Shown here one piece after another: positions 12,619-24,356 of a stretch of DNA of 64,000 bases. Every line of letters starts with the position of its first letter. Position 1 is the stretch's first letter. The notes under the pieces are model-generated. The model had not been told where the DNA came from and searched no databases. It saw only the letters and a program-made list of their open reading frames with translations. Source of the DNA: Macrostomum lignano (Eukaryota); assembly GCA_002269645.1 (NCBI GenBank), contig NIVC01002848.1, positions 62,001 to 126,000 on the forward strand, in the 5' to 3' direction. The position numbers and the translations under genes are program-made.

Positions 12619-14686
12619 TAAGCAAAACATAATAAAAGTCACTTGTCTAGACATCCTGGCGCCAAAAGTGACAGCAAAACGCCTATAAATCAAAGGGGAA
12701 AGCAACAGAGCGAGTGGGGAGAAAGCTGGAAAGACCTCTTTGACCCAGACAGGCTGGAGCCAAAAGTGACAGCTAGACGGCCATAAATCACTGAGAACAG
12801 TAAAAAAGCCACAAATCTGGGGGTCAGAACGAGGTTGAAAACGTCCCTCCCAGACTTAGTGTCGCCTGTCTAGACTGTTGGAGGTCAATCCGTCTCAAAC
12901 CCAGACAGTCTGACCTTCAAAGATGCGTAAACAATCCAAAATTAGAATCCTAAGAGAAGTACATTGACTATTTATCATAATTAATAGTGATGGCATAAAC
13001 TAGTATAGAACTTAGCCTAGATGAGAGAATGGAGAGAAAATCCTAAGCTAGCCTACTGACAGTAGGGGAAAAGCGCATCGAAGCAAAACGTGCTGTTCTA
13101 AGATTGAAATTTGCGTCCTCATCACTCTCTTAAATAATCCCACAATTGCCACCAAGTTGTTGTAGTGCCCTGTGATCCTGTCTACAATTAGGTCTCTGGA
13201 TTTACTCGTTTCCTTAGAAAACCTCTCTTGTAGCGATCAGCTAATGCCCGAGCGTTAAGACACTGTATTTAATTAAATCCGGAAAATAGTGGCGTTTACT
13301 GGGATCAAGGGTGTCCAGCGGTAGGCTCCTAATCTTCTAACACCTTCACGGTTTCTTTTAACGCCTAATGCCTAGCGCCTAATCTTAGCCTTCACGGCTT
13401 ATGTACATCGAGTCTTCACGACTTCAATCTCCTTCAATCTCTCTATCTGAGTCTGCACGACTTCGATGTTCCCTATTTCCCTCAAGGTCAGTGGTCCTTG
13501 ATTTCCCTTTGTGTGTGTGTGTGTTTCACGCACTGAAATTTAACTGAGCTTTCACGCCTCTTCGCTTCACGCTTTTTGAAATAACAAAAAGATATATATT
13601 AAAATTGGAGGAAAATTCACCAAGACAAACGGTTATAACGTTTACTTTCTGCCCAGGGGGGCCTTTATAAAGATTTCATAGTTCACAGCTATTAGCTGAA
13701 GCGAAAATTAAAAAAAATTACCAGGTTTATAACAAATGGATGTTTTAACAAATACGAAACGTTTTATAACAAAAAAACTAAAGAAATTCGATCAGTATTA
13801 GTATTACCCAAAAATGATGTTCTGGCAGCCAAATAACTTTTGCGCGGGTATCTGATTTTTTACTGCCCACCATGGATGACTGTTTTTGAAATTCTATTGA
13901 CAGGAACTTAATTATCACTACGCAAAACGAGCGGCAATTTGCGCAGAATAGGCACTTTTCAAATGATATATAAATTTTCTAGCGTCAGTCAAAAACCGCT
14001 TAGCAATATCCAACCACTACAGCTTATAATATACGTGAAAGGATCCTTACGAAAAACAGGCGAATGGAAAATACCTGCAAGTAGCTAAAAATCTTGCAAT
14101 AGATGTAGAGCAAGACCTACATGATGTAAATGTGCTACAGCGGAAAGTTCGCTACTGTACGCGCAAGTCGCGTTATGGGGTCGGCCATCATAAACCCGAA
14201 AAATCAAAACTTCCAAAGCACTTCCCTATCATCATTCCTATCAGAAAAGCTCGTTAAAATTTTTCTGGAAAATCAAGTGAGCAAATTTAGCCTTAAGACC
14301 TAAATTGTGTCAAAATTAAAAAATTCCTAGAAATTATTTGCGTTAAAAAACGCAATCTCGCAGGCAGCTAGTAAAATGCACAGGCAGATCAAATCTGATA
14401 CACATGGTAATCCAGCGAACGATTTCTGAAGAAAATGTATCGAAAATGCTTAGACAAAAAATCAATCGCAGCGATCTAGATCATAATAAAAGCTGTTGTA
14501 GCTTGTTGAACCAACAATTTCTTAAAACCAAATTCGATATACGAAGCTGTTTCTACATACTGTGGCCAATGTTAATCTCCAGTACACGGTCATTTTGTGC
14601 TTAGACAGTGCGATCATATATTACCGTTGATTAGATTAACAAGCAGCTTTTTCAGATGTCAATCAGAGGTGCAGGCGGCATTATTC

Positions 14687-16152
14687 TGATGGGTTTCGAC
14701 CTTCGGGCTCCTTGTTAGGAAGCCTTCGGGCCTCAGGCCTCAGAAATGAATCAATTAGAGTCCTGGCCCCCCACTCCTGTCAGATGGTCAGCCCCATGGT
14801 AGCTTGATCGTGTGGCGAGCAGTCTAGGTCCTATAGCTAAGAGAGGGACAGCGAGAGACGAGCAGGGAGAATTTTGAAGGTAGAAATTAGCTAATCCGCA
14901 GACTAAAGCTAACTCGCTGCCACCAGCCCGTGCGTCCTGGCTCACCACACCGGGACTCTCGAAATCGGGCTTCCGACTAGAAGGGGCTTTGCGCTTACCT
15001 GCCAACTAGTGTCTTTTTGCTGTCAATCTCGAAGTCATAGCCGATGATAAGGGACACTGCTGGGACTAGATCGCATTGGCCATGCAGGTACAGAGGGGAC
15101 TTGTGCAGGGGATTCTTGCAGTGGCGAGACTATGGGGTAGCTACATGTACTATTACATTGCTAAATACGAAGATATGTACTTTTGGCCTTCAACGCGCCA
15201 ACTAGCCTCTCATAGCGCTGATGATAGACTAACTCGAACTTCAGAGACCGCATGATTCATTACCCGAGCCGCTTGGCTAACCTAGAGTGCACAAAGTACA
15301 TCTCTGGCGCCGATTCTGCACTTCTGGCAGTTTTGCTCACTGATTTGGTAGATTGATCGACTGAGAACCGCCTTGCCATTGGTCCACTGTGACCGGCGCC
15401 TACTAGCTTAGCTACTCATCTGAGCCATCGGCGAACAAAGAAATAAAACCGATAAAAATAACTGTTAGATTTAACCTTCTCCTTAGATCACTTCGCACTT
15501 CAGATTGAATTGGAGTTTCAGACTACTAGTAGTATTATTAAGTGATTTCTGCCTCAGTAACAGCACTACTGAACAAAATGAGCAAAAGTGTGCGCCTAAT
15601 TCAGCTACTGAAACAGGGGACAGATAGGGGATCACCCAATCAAGCAAGTCTAGGTAGCCTCTCACCCAACCAATCAGAAACTCAACAGCCGGAGACCAGG
15701 AAATCCACAATGACCAAATCGGCTTGATGCTTCGCAGCTGTAGACTCGGGATGATGCTGACACAATCTTCGCTGATAGCTAGCAGGTGATGATCTTCGCT
15801 TGATGTTCGCTGCTGACGACCGGGGGACTCGTCCTTGATGATGATGGGGGGAAGTCGCAATCCGGGGATCAAGAAACGACGGTCGCGCTCCGGGAACCAG
15901 AAGTTGCGTGCTGGACCCGAGCAAGAGTAAGATGCGTCCGAGCGGGCCAAAAACTCCGGTTTAAATAGCCGCCAACTGGACCGCAGTTTGTTATAACGGA
16001 ACACGTCGATTCTGATTGGCTGAGTCGTTTTGTTAAAATGAGCGCCGAATTTTCTGATTGGCTAAGCTTGTTGCTACCCAGAATCACGTGACCAAGAGAT
16101 CCTATCAGTTCCCACAGGGTCGTAAAAAGATGACAGGTGCGGCCATAAATCA
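14687..16152 (-). mobile_element. LTR-like repeat unit B (diverged relative of A)
   Basis: Same termini (TGATGGGTT...ATAAATCA); shared blocks such as CAGAAATGAATCA, CACTCCTGTCAGATGGTCAGCC and GACAGGTGCGG; CCAAT boxes plus TATTTAAA on the minus strand. Confidence 0.5.
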
Positions 16153-16638
16153 CTCAAAATCGCAACAAAATGATTTATGACTTTTCGCGTAGGATTGACA
16201 GAAATTAATGAAAAAATATACATTAGAAAGCTCTTATTAAATAGAAAGTGAAGATAATGAAGAGAAATTGCTAATCACTAATCCCAAAGTACTTTTAGGG
16301 GTAAAACGCATAGCTGTCAAAGCTGTCACACGCTCGAGTGAATCCGAACAATAGGCTCTGACCTCATAAATCTTGATGGCCTGTCAAAATGATGAGAAAA
16401 AAGCTACCGCCCGCATCCTCTCAGACCATCTGGCGCCCGTCTCAACACTGAGTGAGGCGCAGGTGGCCGTCAGACCAACTTCGGAAGCGATGATTTACGA
16501 CCCAAAAAGCTACGCCTATGTTATTATGACTACTAGTATGGCCAGACATTATATCTAGTATAGATTCTATGACAATTTGCAGAAAAAGGATAAAAATGCC
16601 CATCGCCCACTGTTAGTAGGCTAGTAAGTTTAGAGCCC

Positions 16639-17268
16639 ATGTGCTAGCGCGGGATTTGGGAAAAAGTGCGTCCTCATCAATTCTGGCGTTGGTTTGTCTC
16701 GGAATTGCTTCAGTCCATTCTGCTTCTGCCCCACGCGATGCTCTGGAAGGTAGGCGCGCTACCGAAACGTTTTTTTAACCTAATTATACTTTTGAATAGT
16801 TGAAGATCGAAATTCAGTCAAATAAAACCTGTAACTTTATGCACTTACTTTCCGTTAGTGAACTAAGCGAGGCCACTCAAGGCTTGGATTGGGCTCCCAT
16901 TGAACCATGACGAGACACTTGTTGGAAGTGAAAAGCTGTTCGATGCAGATGAGACGTCTTCTCTTCACAGGGCTAGTAACAGCAAGCGAGGCCGGTCCAG
17001 TTCCGGCAACGTGTTCCGATGGGGCAAGCGAGACTACGGCAACGTGTTCCGATGGGGCAAGCGAGACTACGGTAACGTGTTCCGATGGGGCAAGCGAGAC
17101 TACGGCAACGTGTTCCGATGGGGCAAGCGAGACTACGGCAACGTGTTCCGATGGGGCAAGCGAGACTACGGTAACGTGTTCCGATGGGGCAAGCGAGACT
17201 ACGGCAACGTGTTCCGATGGGGCAAGCGAGACTACGGCAACGTGTTCCGATGGGGAAAGCGAAGCTGA
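16639..17268 (+). CDS. Neuropeptide precursor: 7x DYGNVFRWamide plus 1x (GR)SSSGNVFRWamide
   Basis: Eight GNVFRW-G-KR units (33-bp repeat) ending at stop 17266-17268. Upstream exon about 16639-16749 encodes a signal-peptide-like LGKSASSSILALVCLGIASVHSA with a phase-1 donor G|GTAGG at 16750. An in-frame acceptor exists at 16867. The ATG at 16639 is one base out of frame. Confidence 0.88.
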
Positions 17269-17993
17269 GTTCGGCTGGGGCAAGCAAGGAATCTATTCAA
17301 ATTATAACTTGGGGACAAATATTTTGTCAAATAAATGCGAATAATCACCGAGATGATCGAGTAAAACTTGTGCAAAAAAGGTGCCTGTAAGACTTCCGCT
17401 TCTCATTTCAAGCTATACATGCACTTAAGGCTGATTCACTCTGCCAGCGAATGAGCCATTAAATCACACACGACCTATATTTACAGTCGGGATCCCACCA
17501 AATTTGGTCTTATTTGAAGCCGCGCCGATGTGAAGTCCTGATGTTTTTAAAGTTCTCTCTAATAATAAAACCAGTAATCGATGCAAGAAAATATATACGA
17601 AAGGAAACTCACTAGAGGAACGTCAAAGGAGCCGTTCGACGCCAAGTGGCGTACTGAATAAGCTAATCTGAATTCCAACGTGGCAGTAGCTATAGAAAGG
17701 GTTTGCAGTGTGTAAAACTTGACATACGAGCGTAGACATCTTGTGATCACTGTGACAATGTATGAATATAATTGAAAGGATTTTTCTTATCTGCAGATGG
17801 GCTCTCGATGGTCAAAACTCAATTAATTAATCTTTTGAAATTTTTATCCTGCACAACTTCTATAGGTTGTTATTAAAGTCGTTAGATAAACCTACAGCTA
17901 CTGTTCCTGTTCATGACAAAGTTACTACCAGAGAAACTAACAAGTGTGGTATAATGAGGTAAATAGGGGTTGAGCCAATAGGAGTTGCAGGAC

Positions 17994-18322
17994 GGCGATT
18001 CTCAACAGAGGAATTGGAGGGCGATTCTCAACAGGGGAATTGGAAGGCGATTCTCAACAGAGGAATTGGAGGGCGATTCTCAACAGGGGAATTGAAGGGC
18101 GATTCTCAAGAGTTCGGGGGCGATTCTCAATAGGAGTTGGGGGCGATTCTCAACAGGAGTTGGGGGCGATTCTCAATAGGGGAATTGGAGGGCGATTCTC
18201 AACAGAGGAATTGGAGGGCGATTCTCAACAGGGGAATTGGAAGGCGATTCTCAACAGGAGTTGGGGCGATTCTCAATAGGGATTGGGGCGATTCTCAACA
18301 GGAGTTGGAGGGCGATTCTCAA
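17994..18322. repeat. 20-21-bp tandem repeat
   Basis: GGCGATTCTCAACAGG... unit, about 16 copies. Confidence 0.95.
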
Positions 18323-18787
18323 TGGCATTGTTCGGAGCCCATAATGGCAATCAAATCAATCACACAAAGAATAAGATAAACGACAGAATTATACTAATGC
18401 AGAATACATGTTGATTTTTTTATACGATAAACTGAATAATTACATAGAAAATGACAGCATATAAATAAATAACTAGTTCTAAATCTATAAGAAACAACGA
18501 TTCATGATTAAACTTTACAAACAAGCAATATATAGTTTAGCTCATTTAAAAAAGTAAAGCTAATAGGAAAAAATCGCTAAATAAATCCATACTTTAAGTA
18601 GGTGTGTCAGCTCTCCAGTTCAAGCAGTGCTAAGTGATATAAAAACAATTCACAATGACTATATTTATAATAATGAAAAGCGATATTGATAAAATGGAGA
18701 AGGAATAGGTAACACTATTGCAGAAGTAAGCTAGAACGAGGGTGAATTTGAAGCCAGATTTAAAAAAGCAAGTTAGTAATTGGAATC

Positions 18788-19616
18788 GGTCTATAAGGCG
18801 GTCATTGCGAACTCTTCCGCCTGATTGTGCTTGGGTCTATAAGTCGGTCATTGCGAACTCTTCCGCCTGATCGTGCTTGGGTCTATAAGTCGGTCATTGC
18901 GAACTCTTCCGCCTGATTTTGCTTGGGTCTATAAGTCGGTCATTGCGAACTCTTCCGCCTGATTGTGCTTGGGTCTATAAGTCGGTCATTGCGAACTCTT
19001 CCGCCTGATCGTGCTTGGGTCTATAAGTCGGTCATTGCGAACTCTTCCGCCTGATTGTGCTTGGGTCTATAAGTCGGTCATTGCGAACTCTTCCGCCTGA
19101 TCGTGCTTGGGTCTATAAGTCTGTCATTGCGAACTCTTCCGCCTGATTGTGCTTGGGTCTATAAGTCGGTCATTGCGAACTCTTCCGCCTGATTGTGCTT
19201 GGGTCTATAAGTCAATCATTGCGAACTCTTCCGCCTGATTGTGCTTGGGTCTATAAGTCAATCATTGCGAACTCTTCCGCCTGATTGTGCTTGGGTCTAT
19301 AAGTCAATCATTGCGAACTCTTCCGCCTGATTGTGCTTGGGTCTATAAGTCAATCATTGCGAACTCTTCCGCCTGATTGTGCTTGGGTCTATAAGTCGGT
19401 CATTGCGAACTCTTTCGCCTGATTGTGCTTGGGTCTATAAGTCGGTCATTGCGAACTCTTCCGCCTGATTGTGCTTGGGTCTATAAGTCGGTCATTGCGA
19501 ACTCTTTCGCCTGATTGTGCTTGGGTCTATAAGTCGGTCATTGCGAACTCTTCCGCCTGATTGTGCTTGGGTCTATAAGTCGGTCATTGCGAACTCTTTC
19601 GCCTGATTGTGCTTGG
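18788..19616. repeat. 46-bp minisatellite, about 18 copies
   Basis: Unit GGTCTATAAGTCGGTCATTGCGAACTCTTCCGCCTGATTGTGCTTG. Confidence 0.97.
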
Positions 19617-20234
19617 CTGCATCAGCTGCTGCTGTAGCCTAAAAATTGAAAACAAATATTAACGAAAATAGTTAGATTAAATGAAGTCTTAAGGCCCATT
19701 GGTACTTCATGACAAGTATTTTTCTATTATGTTAGGTCCTTGTCAAAGTCGAAGATTTAAGCTTTTGTTCAGCTAAACTCTGGTCAATACAAATATGATT
19801 ATTATTTATCATCATATATATAGCAACTGATCTTTTAAAATCGAAGAAACTGGGGTTTTATACACGAAAATTCAACTGGAAGGATATCGTGCCATTCACA
19901 GCCATGAGACAGAGTGTACGTGCCTGTGTACAGTATTGGCGCGACTGTATGTGCTCAGGACTCAGTGGAATGGGCAGAACAGACACATCGCTGCATTGAT
20001 GTGAGAGGTGTTTACATGGTGCCCACGAAGTGTTTCTCTTGCGAATATATTTTTAGCTGAACTTTCTACTTCTTTTAAACAAAAATTTCTCAGCTTAGAT
20101 TTAGGTCCAAATGACCGACGGAGTTGCCGAACAATAAATCAATTTTTTTCAAAAAAACTACACCTCAAAAGATTGAAAAACCCTTGTCATTTCATTCATT
20201 CTACTTCTAGTAGCCAGCTTTAAGTATAGTATTT

Positions 20235-20858
20235 TTAGTTTAAACTTGCAGCAGGAGTTGCCGGAGCAACGTAGACTTCAAAAGATCGTCTGGCGGCATC
20301 GCCAGGCACTGGGCCGCCAAGTGGAGTGTACAACTGCAGCTCCACCCGGTGCCAGCCGGTTGGAGCAGTAGCCGGAGCTTGCAGACGCAGTTGGCAGACG
20401 GCGCTTAAGCCTGGAAGCAACGGCGGCAGTAGCAGACGCTCGGGGCCCAGCGCCAGAGCCCGGCCTCGACGGCAGCGCAAATGACAGCCTGGCGGACTGG
20501 AACCGCCTAAACCAGACCGACTACCCGTTGATAAGCATCGATTCGTCACTCGGCACGTGGCTATGACGTCATCTTGCGCGAACGGCTGCATTGATAATGA
20601 ATCCGAATTGGCGCCAGAAATGAATAACTGCGGCGAACTAAGCGTTACATCGTCGATGATTAAATCAATTGAGTCAGTGAGTAGGTTATTTGGGCCATAA
20701 TCGAACTGATCAATTGACTGTGCAATATTCACTTGTTGATGCTCGTTGCTATGGCGACACTGACAGGCTGAACTACTAGTATGTTGAAGTTGCGACTGCT
20801 CCGTTGCTAAGCGACTGAATTGACAAGAGAGCTGACACTCTACCTCGTCAATTTCCAT
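20235..20858 (-). CDS. Hypothetical protein or coding exon
   Basis: 207-codon non-repetitive ORF with ATG in a GC/CpG-rich patch amid AT-rich DNA; C-terminal beta-like motif HRVELQLYTP...RRSFEVYV; no family recognised. Confidence 0.45.
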   Translation of the reverse strand: MEIDEVECQLSCQFSRLATEQSQLQHTSSSACQCRHSNEHQQVNIAQSIDQFDYGPNNLLTDSIDLIIDDVTLSSPQLFISGANSDSLSMQPFAQDDVIATCRVTNRCLSTGSRSGLGGSSPPGCHLRCRRGRALALGPERLLLPPLLPGLSAVCQLRLQAPATAPTGWHRVELQLYTPLGGPVPGDAARRSFEVYVAPATPAASLN

Positions 20859-21139
20859 GATCTAGTGACTGTAATGAAATCAAAAAAAGAAAACTGGCTT
20901 TCAGTGTAACTATAGAGCAATTGTCACTGGAGAAACAGATTGTGCATAGGTCAGCCACAGAGATATTTATTGAAGCCAGGGTCAGATTGATAACTCAGCA
21001 TAAATTTATATTTAGATAGTTTTAGAATGCAGTTCAGTTTTTAAAACATTTATATAGGTTGGATCAAAATAGGAGAGGACTAAAATTTGGAGATTCTATT
21101 AGTCTGAAAAGGGTGGCCTTAGAGAAATCCTATCCTTCT

Positions 21140-21860
21140 GACAGGATAGGTTGGGAAATCACTGTCTCACTGACAGGATAGGTTGGGAAATCAATGTCTC
21201 ACTGACAGGATAGGTTGGGAATTATTGCCTCACTGACAGGATAGGTTGGGAAATCAATGTCTCACTGACAGGATAGGTTGGGAAATTATTGTCTCACTGA
21301 CAGGATAGGTTGGGAAATCACTGTCTTACTGACAGGATAGGTTGGGAATTATTGTCTCACTGACAGGATAGGTTGGGAAATCAATGTCTCACTGACAGGA
21401 TAGGTTGGGAATTATTGTCTCACTGACAAGATGGGTTGGGAAATTATTGTCTCACTGACAGGATAGGTTGGGAAATCACTGTCTTACTGACAGGATAGGT
21501 TGGGAAATGACTATTCACTGACAGGATAGGTTGGGAAATGACTGTCTTACTGACAGGATACGTTGGGAAATCACTGTCTTACTGACAGGATACGTTGGGA
21601 AATCACTGTCTTACTGACAGGATAGGTTGGGAAATCAGTGTTTTACTGACAGGATAAGTTGGGAAATCAATGTCTTACTGACAAGATAGGTTGGGAAATC
21701 ACTGTTTTACTGACAGAATAGGTTGGGAAATTACTGTTTCACTGACAGGATAGGTTGGGAAATCACTGTTTTACTGACAGGATAGGTTAGGAAATGACTA
21801 TCTTACTGACAAGATAGGTTGGGAAATAAAAATCTCATTGACAAGATAGGGTAAGAGATT
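21140..21860. repeat. 32-bp minisatellite, degrading rightwards
   Basis: Unit GACAGGATAGGTTGGGAAATCACTGTCTCACT. Confidence 0.95.
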
Positions 21861-23794
21861 CACTATGCCATTGATAAAAGAGCTAAGGAATCATTAATGT
21901 CATTGATTAGATGGGACTAGAGGAGTAACTTTCTCAATGATAGGATAAGCTAGGAGAATCATTATGTTAATAACAAGATAGGCTAAGGAAATCAATCTTA
22001 TTGATCTTATTGATTAGGTATATTAATATTATAGAATCATTGTCTCACTGACAAGGTAAGTTAGGGAAGTTACTATTATACTATTAAGGAAGATTAGGGT
22101 CATTATTCTTAAGGGATAGGCCTATCAAAAAAGAAGGATAGATAGCTAATATAAAAATGCTAATATACCCACTAGTATATAGCTAGGCCTATAGTATATA
22201 TTTTTACCTTGTCTAAGCCTAATTATATATTTAAATTTTTTTAATATACTTAAGGAACTATATCTCCAAAGGGCAAAGAGAATCATATATCTTTAAGGAT
22301 AGCTAGCTAGGTTGGTTTAGAATTATATAAATGTAAGTTTTATATTTATTAAGATTAAAACAAAAAACATAAATTATCTTAAAGATTCATTTTCTATAAT
22401 ATGCCTAGATAAGCATTGGTTTTAGAATTAGCTTAAGGCCTATTGCTTAGTTAATATTTAATAACATAAAGTTTATTGTACCATTAGACAGGTCTAACAA
22501 GTTGTATCAATTGGCCTTAAGCTATTTTTAAAAGTATATGATATTATAATAATAAGCTAAAACAAGTCATAAGATAGCTAGGCCTAATAATAGTAGTATT
22601 TGTTTGAGACTTAAATAAAATATCAAAATTTGGCCTAGGCCTATAAATTCCAAGTTAGGCAGCTTTAGGCCTATTAGGTCTATATAAAATTATAAGTTTA
22701 GGCCTATATAAGTTAGGGCCTATAAGTTATAACATAGGCCCCTATCTATATTTATAAAGTAAATTAAATGATAGGGGCCAATCAAAAAGAAAACAAACAA
22801 TAAGCCTATATTAAGCCAAGGGCTACTAAAGCCAAAAGGCAAAGTATAGTTTTCAAAACTTTTATTGAACAAATGATCTTGTCTATAATTTACAACTTTG
22901 TCTTTACATTAGCAAATTACTAGGGCACTAGGCTAGATAGGCCTAGGCCCACTCCCACTTGTCTACAAAGTGTCTTACATATGCAGTAAATAGGCCCTGG
23001 GAAATTGTTAGGCCTACAATCTACATTCTCCTTTTAAGTAGGCCTAGCTAGGGCCTAAACAACAATGCTCTGTTGCAGCTAGGCCCTAGGGCCTAGGTTA
23101 GAGCTAAGGGCCTAGCTAGGCATTTAAGGTTTAGCCTTATGATGATTCAGGCTTTCTCTGACTTATAGTTCGCTATACCTAGATTACCTAGATAAATGTC
23201 TTATTTAAACCAAATTTAAATAGGCCTAAATTAGCCTGCCACGAGCGATGCAGCCTGTGCAGGCAGGCCCTAGGCCTTACATGCATCATATATGCATTTA
23301 ACGCAATACACTAGGCACAAGCCTAAAGCAAATTTATTAATCATCACTCAGGACAGGGCAAGGCACAACCGAATGTCCTACCCAGCAGCCCAGAGTCTGA
23401 AAATTTAAGTAAATTCGACCCACTCGAAGTAGCAATTAGCATTGCTTTCGAAGAAAATCAAGGAAATCATGTGATCCAACCTCACCATATTCGCGAACTA
23501 TTTTACCTACTTAAATCAGTAGTAGCACCAGCATAAGCATTGAAAAAATACTGTAAGAAAAATTTCCCGTGACTTAATTTTTTTATCGAGCCAGAAGATC
23601 TGAATCGGTTTTCGTAAACTTTTTTACTACGTTAATTTTGAAAAAAATATTTAAAAATCTAAGCGCTCGACAGTAGCAGTTAATGCGCTCGTACGTGTGT
23701 CGTGACTTTCTGAAATTATTTGTCTCCCCTTCCCTTTTGCCTCTGCTGTTATAAATCCTAGCTGGTGCAATCATTTTTACTAGAAGTAATATAA

Positions 23795-24125
23795 CACTCT
23801 GCAACATTGAAAAGTTTCCACGCTAGCGCGAGAAGGGTCAACGTTTTGGTGGGTGGAGATATTCGTGGTTTGAGCCATAGACAAATATATAATCCGGATT
23901 CGAACGAAGCAATTGGAACAGCAAAGAAACAAAGTACGCGAGCATGGGTGACAACTTGCCCAGAACAGGGTCAGTAACGCGTATAGCAGCCACGTGCGTA
24001 CAGCAGAGCGCTCACTCTCCGGGGCATCCCCAGAACCAGGCGTCGCAGAAAATCTTGAGCTAGTTGTTGCCATGCAGTAGACGCCGCCACTGCTGCTGCC
24101 TCCAGTGGACCCTTTGCACTGAACT
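23795..24125 (-). mobile_element. Tc1-like transposon 3' remnant
   Basis: WQQLAQDFLRRLVLGMPRRVSALLYARGCYTRY* matches the Tc1 transposase C-terminus (W..I...LV.SMPRR...I.ARG..T.Y); possible terminus CACTCTGCAAC at 23795. Confidence 0.7.
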
Positions 24126-24315
24126 TTGCACTTTGCACTGACCCTTCACTGCAGTTTGAAGGGTCGTAGTTTAATCGACTTGGTAGTGATGGATCGCATA
24201 AACTACCTCTATTATTTTCTTTATTCTCAAACCCACGCAACTTTTAGTCCCCTTTCGACAGGTAAAATTCTCCTCGTAGCCATGTGTTCTCATTAATAAT
24301 CATCACGCATGTACT

Positions 24316-24355
<40 letters not shown>

Positions 24356-24356
<1 letters not shown>

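Noticed and set aside
15217-15245. CTGATGA...GAAC as a hammerhead core
   Set aside because: No proper stem II and GAAC instead of GAAA.
11075-16152. Single LTR retrotransposon bounded by units A and B
   Set aside because: The units are too diverged, flanks match only partly (CTCT versus CTCA), and there is no PBS, PPT or coding remnant between them.
18788-19616. CRISPR-like or hammerhead-ribozyme array among the minisatellites
   Set aside because: No unique spacers between units, no cas genes, eukaryotic context, and no CUGANGA...GAAA core with stems.
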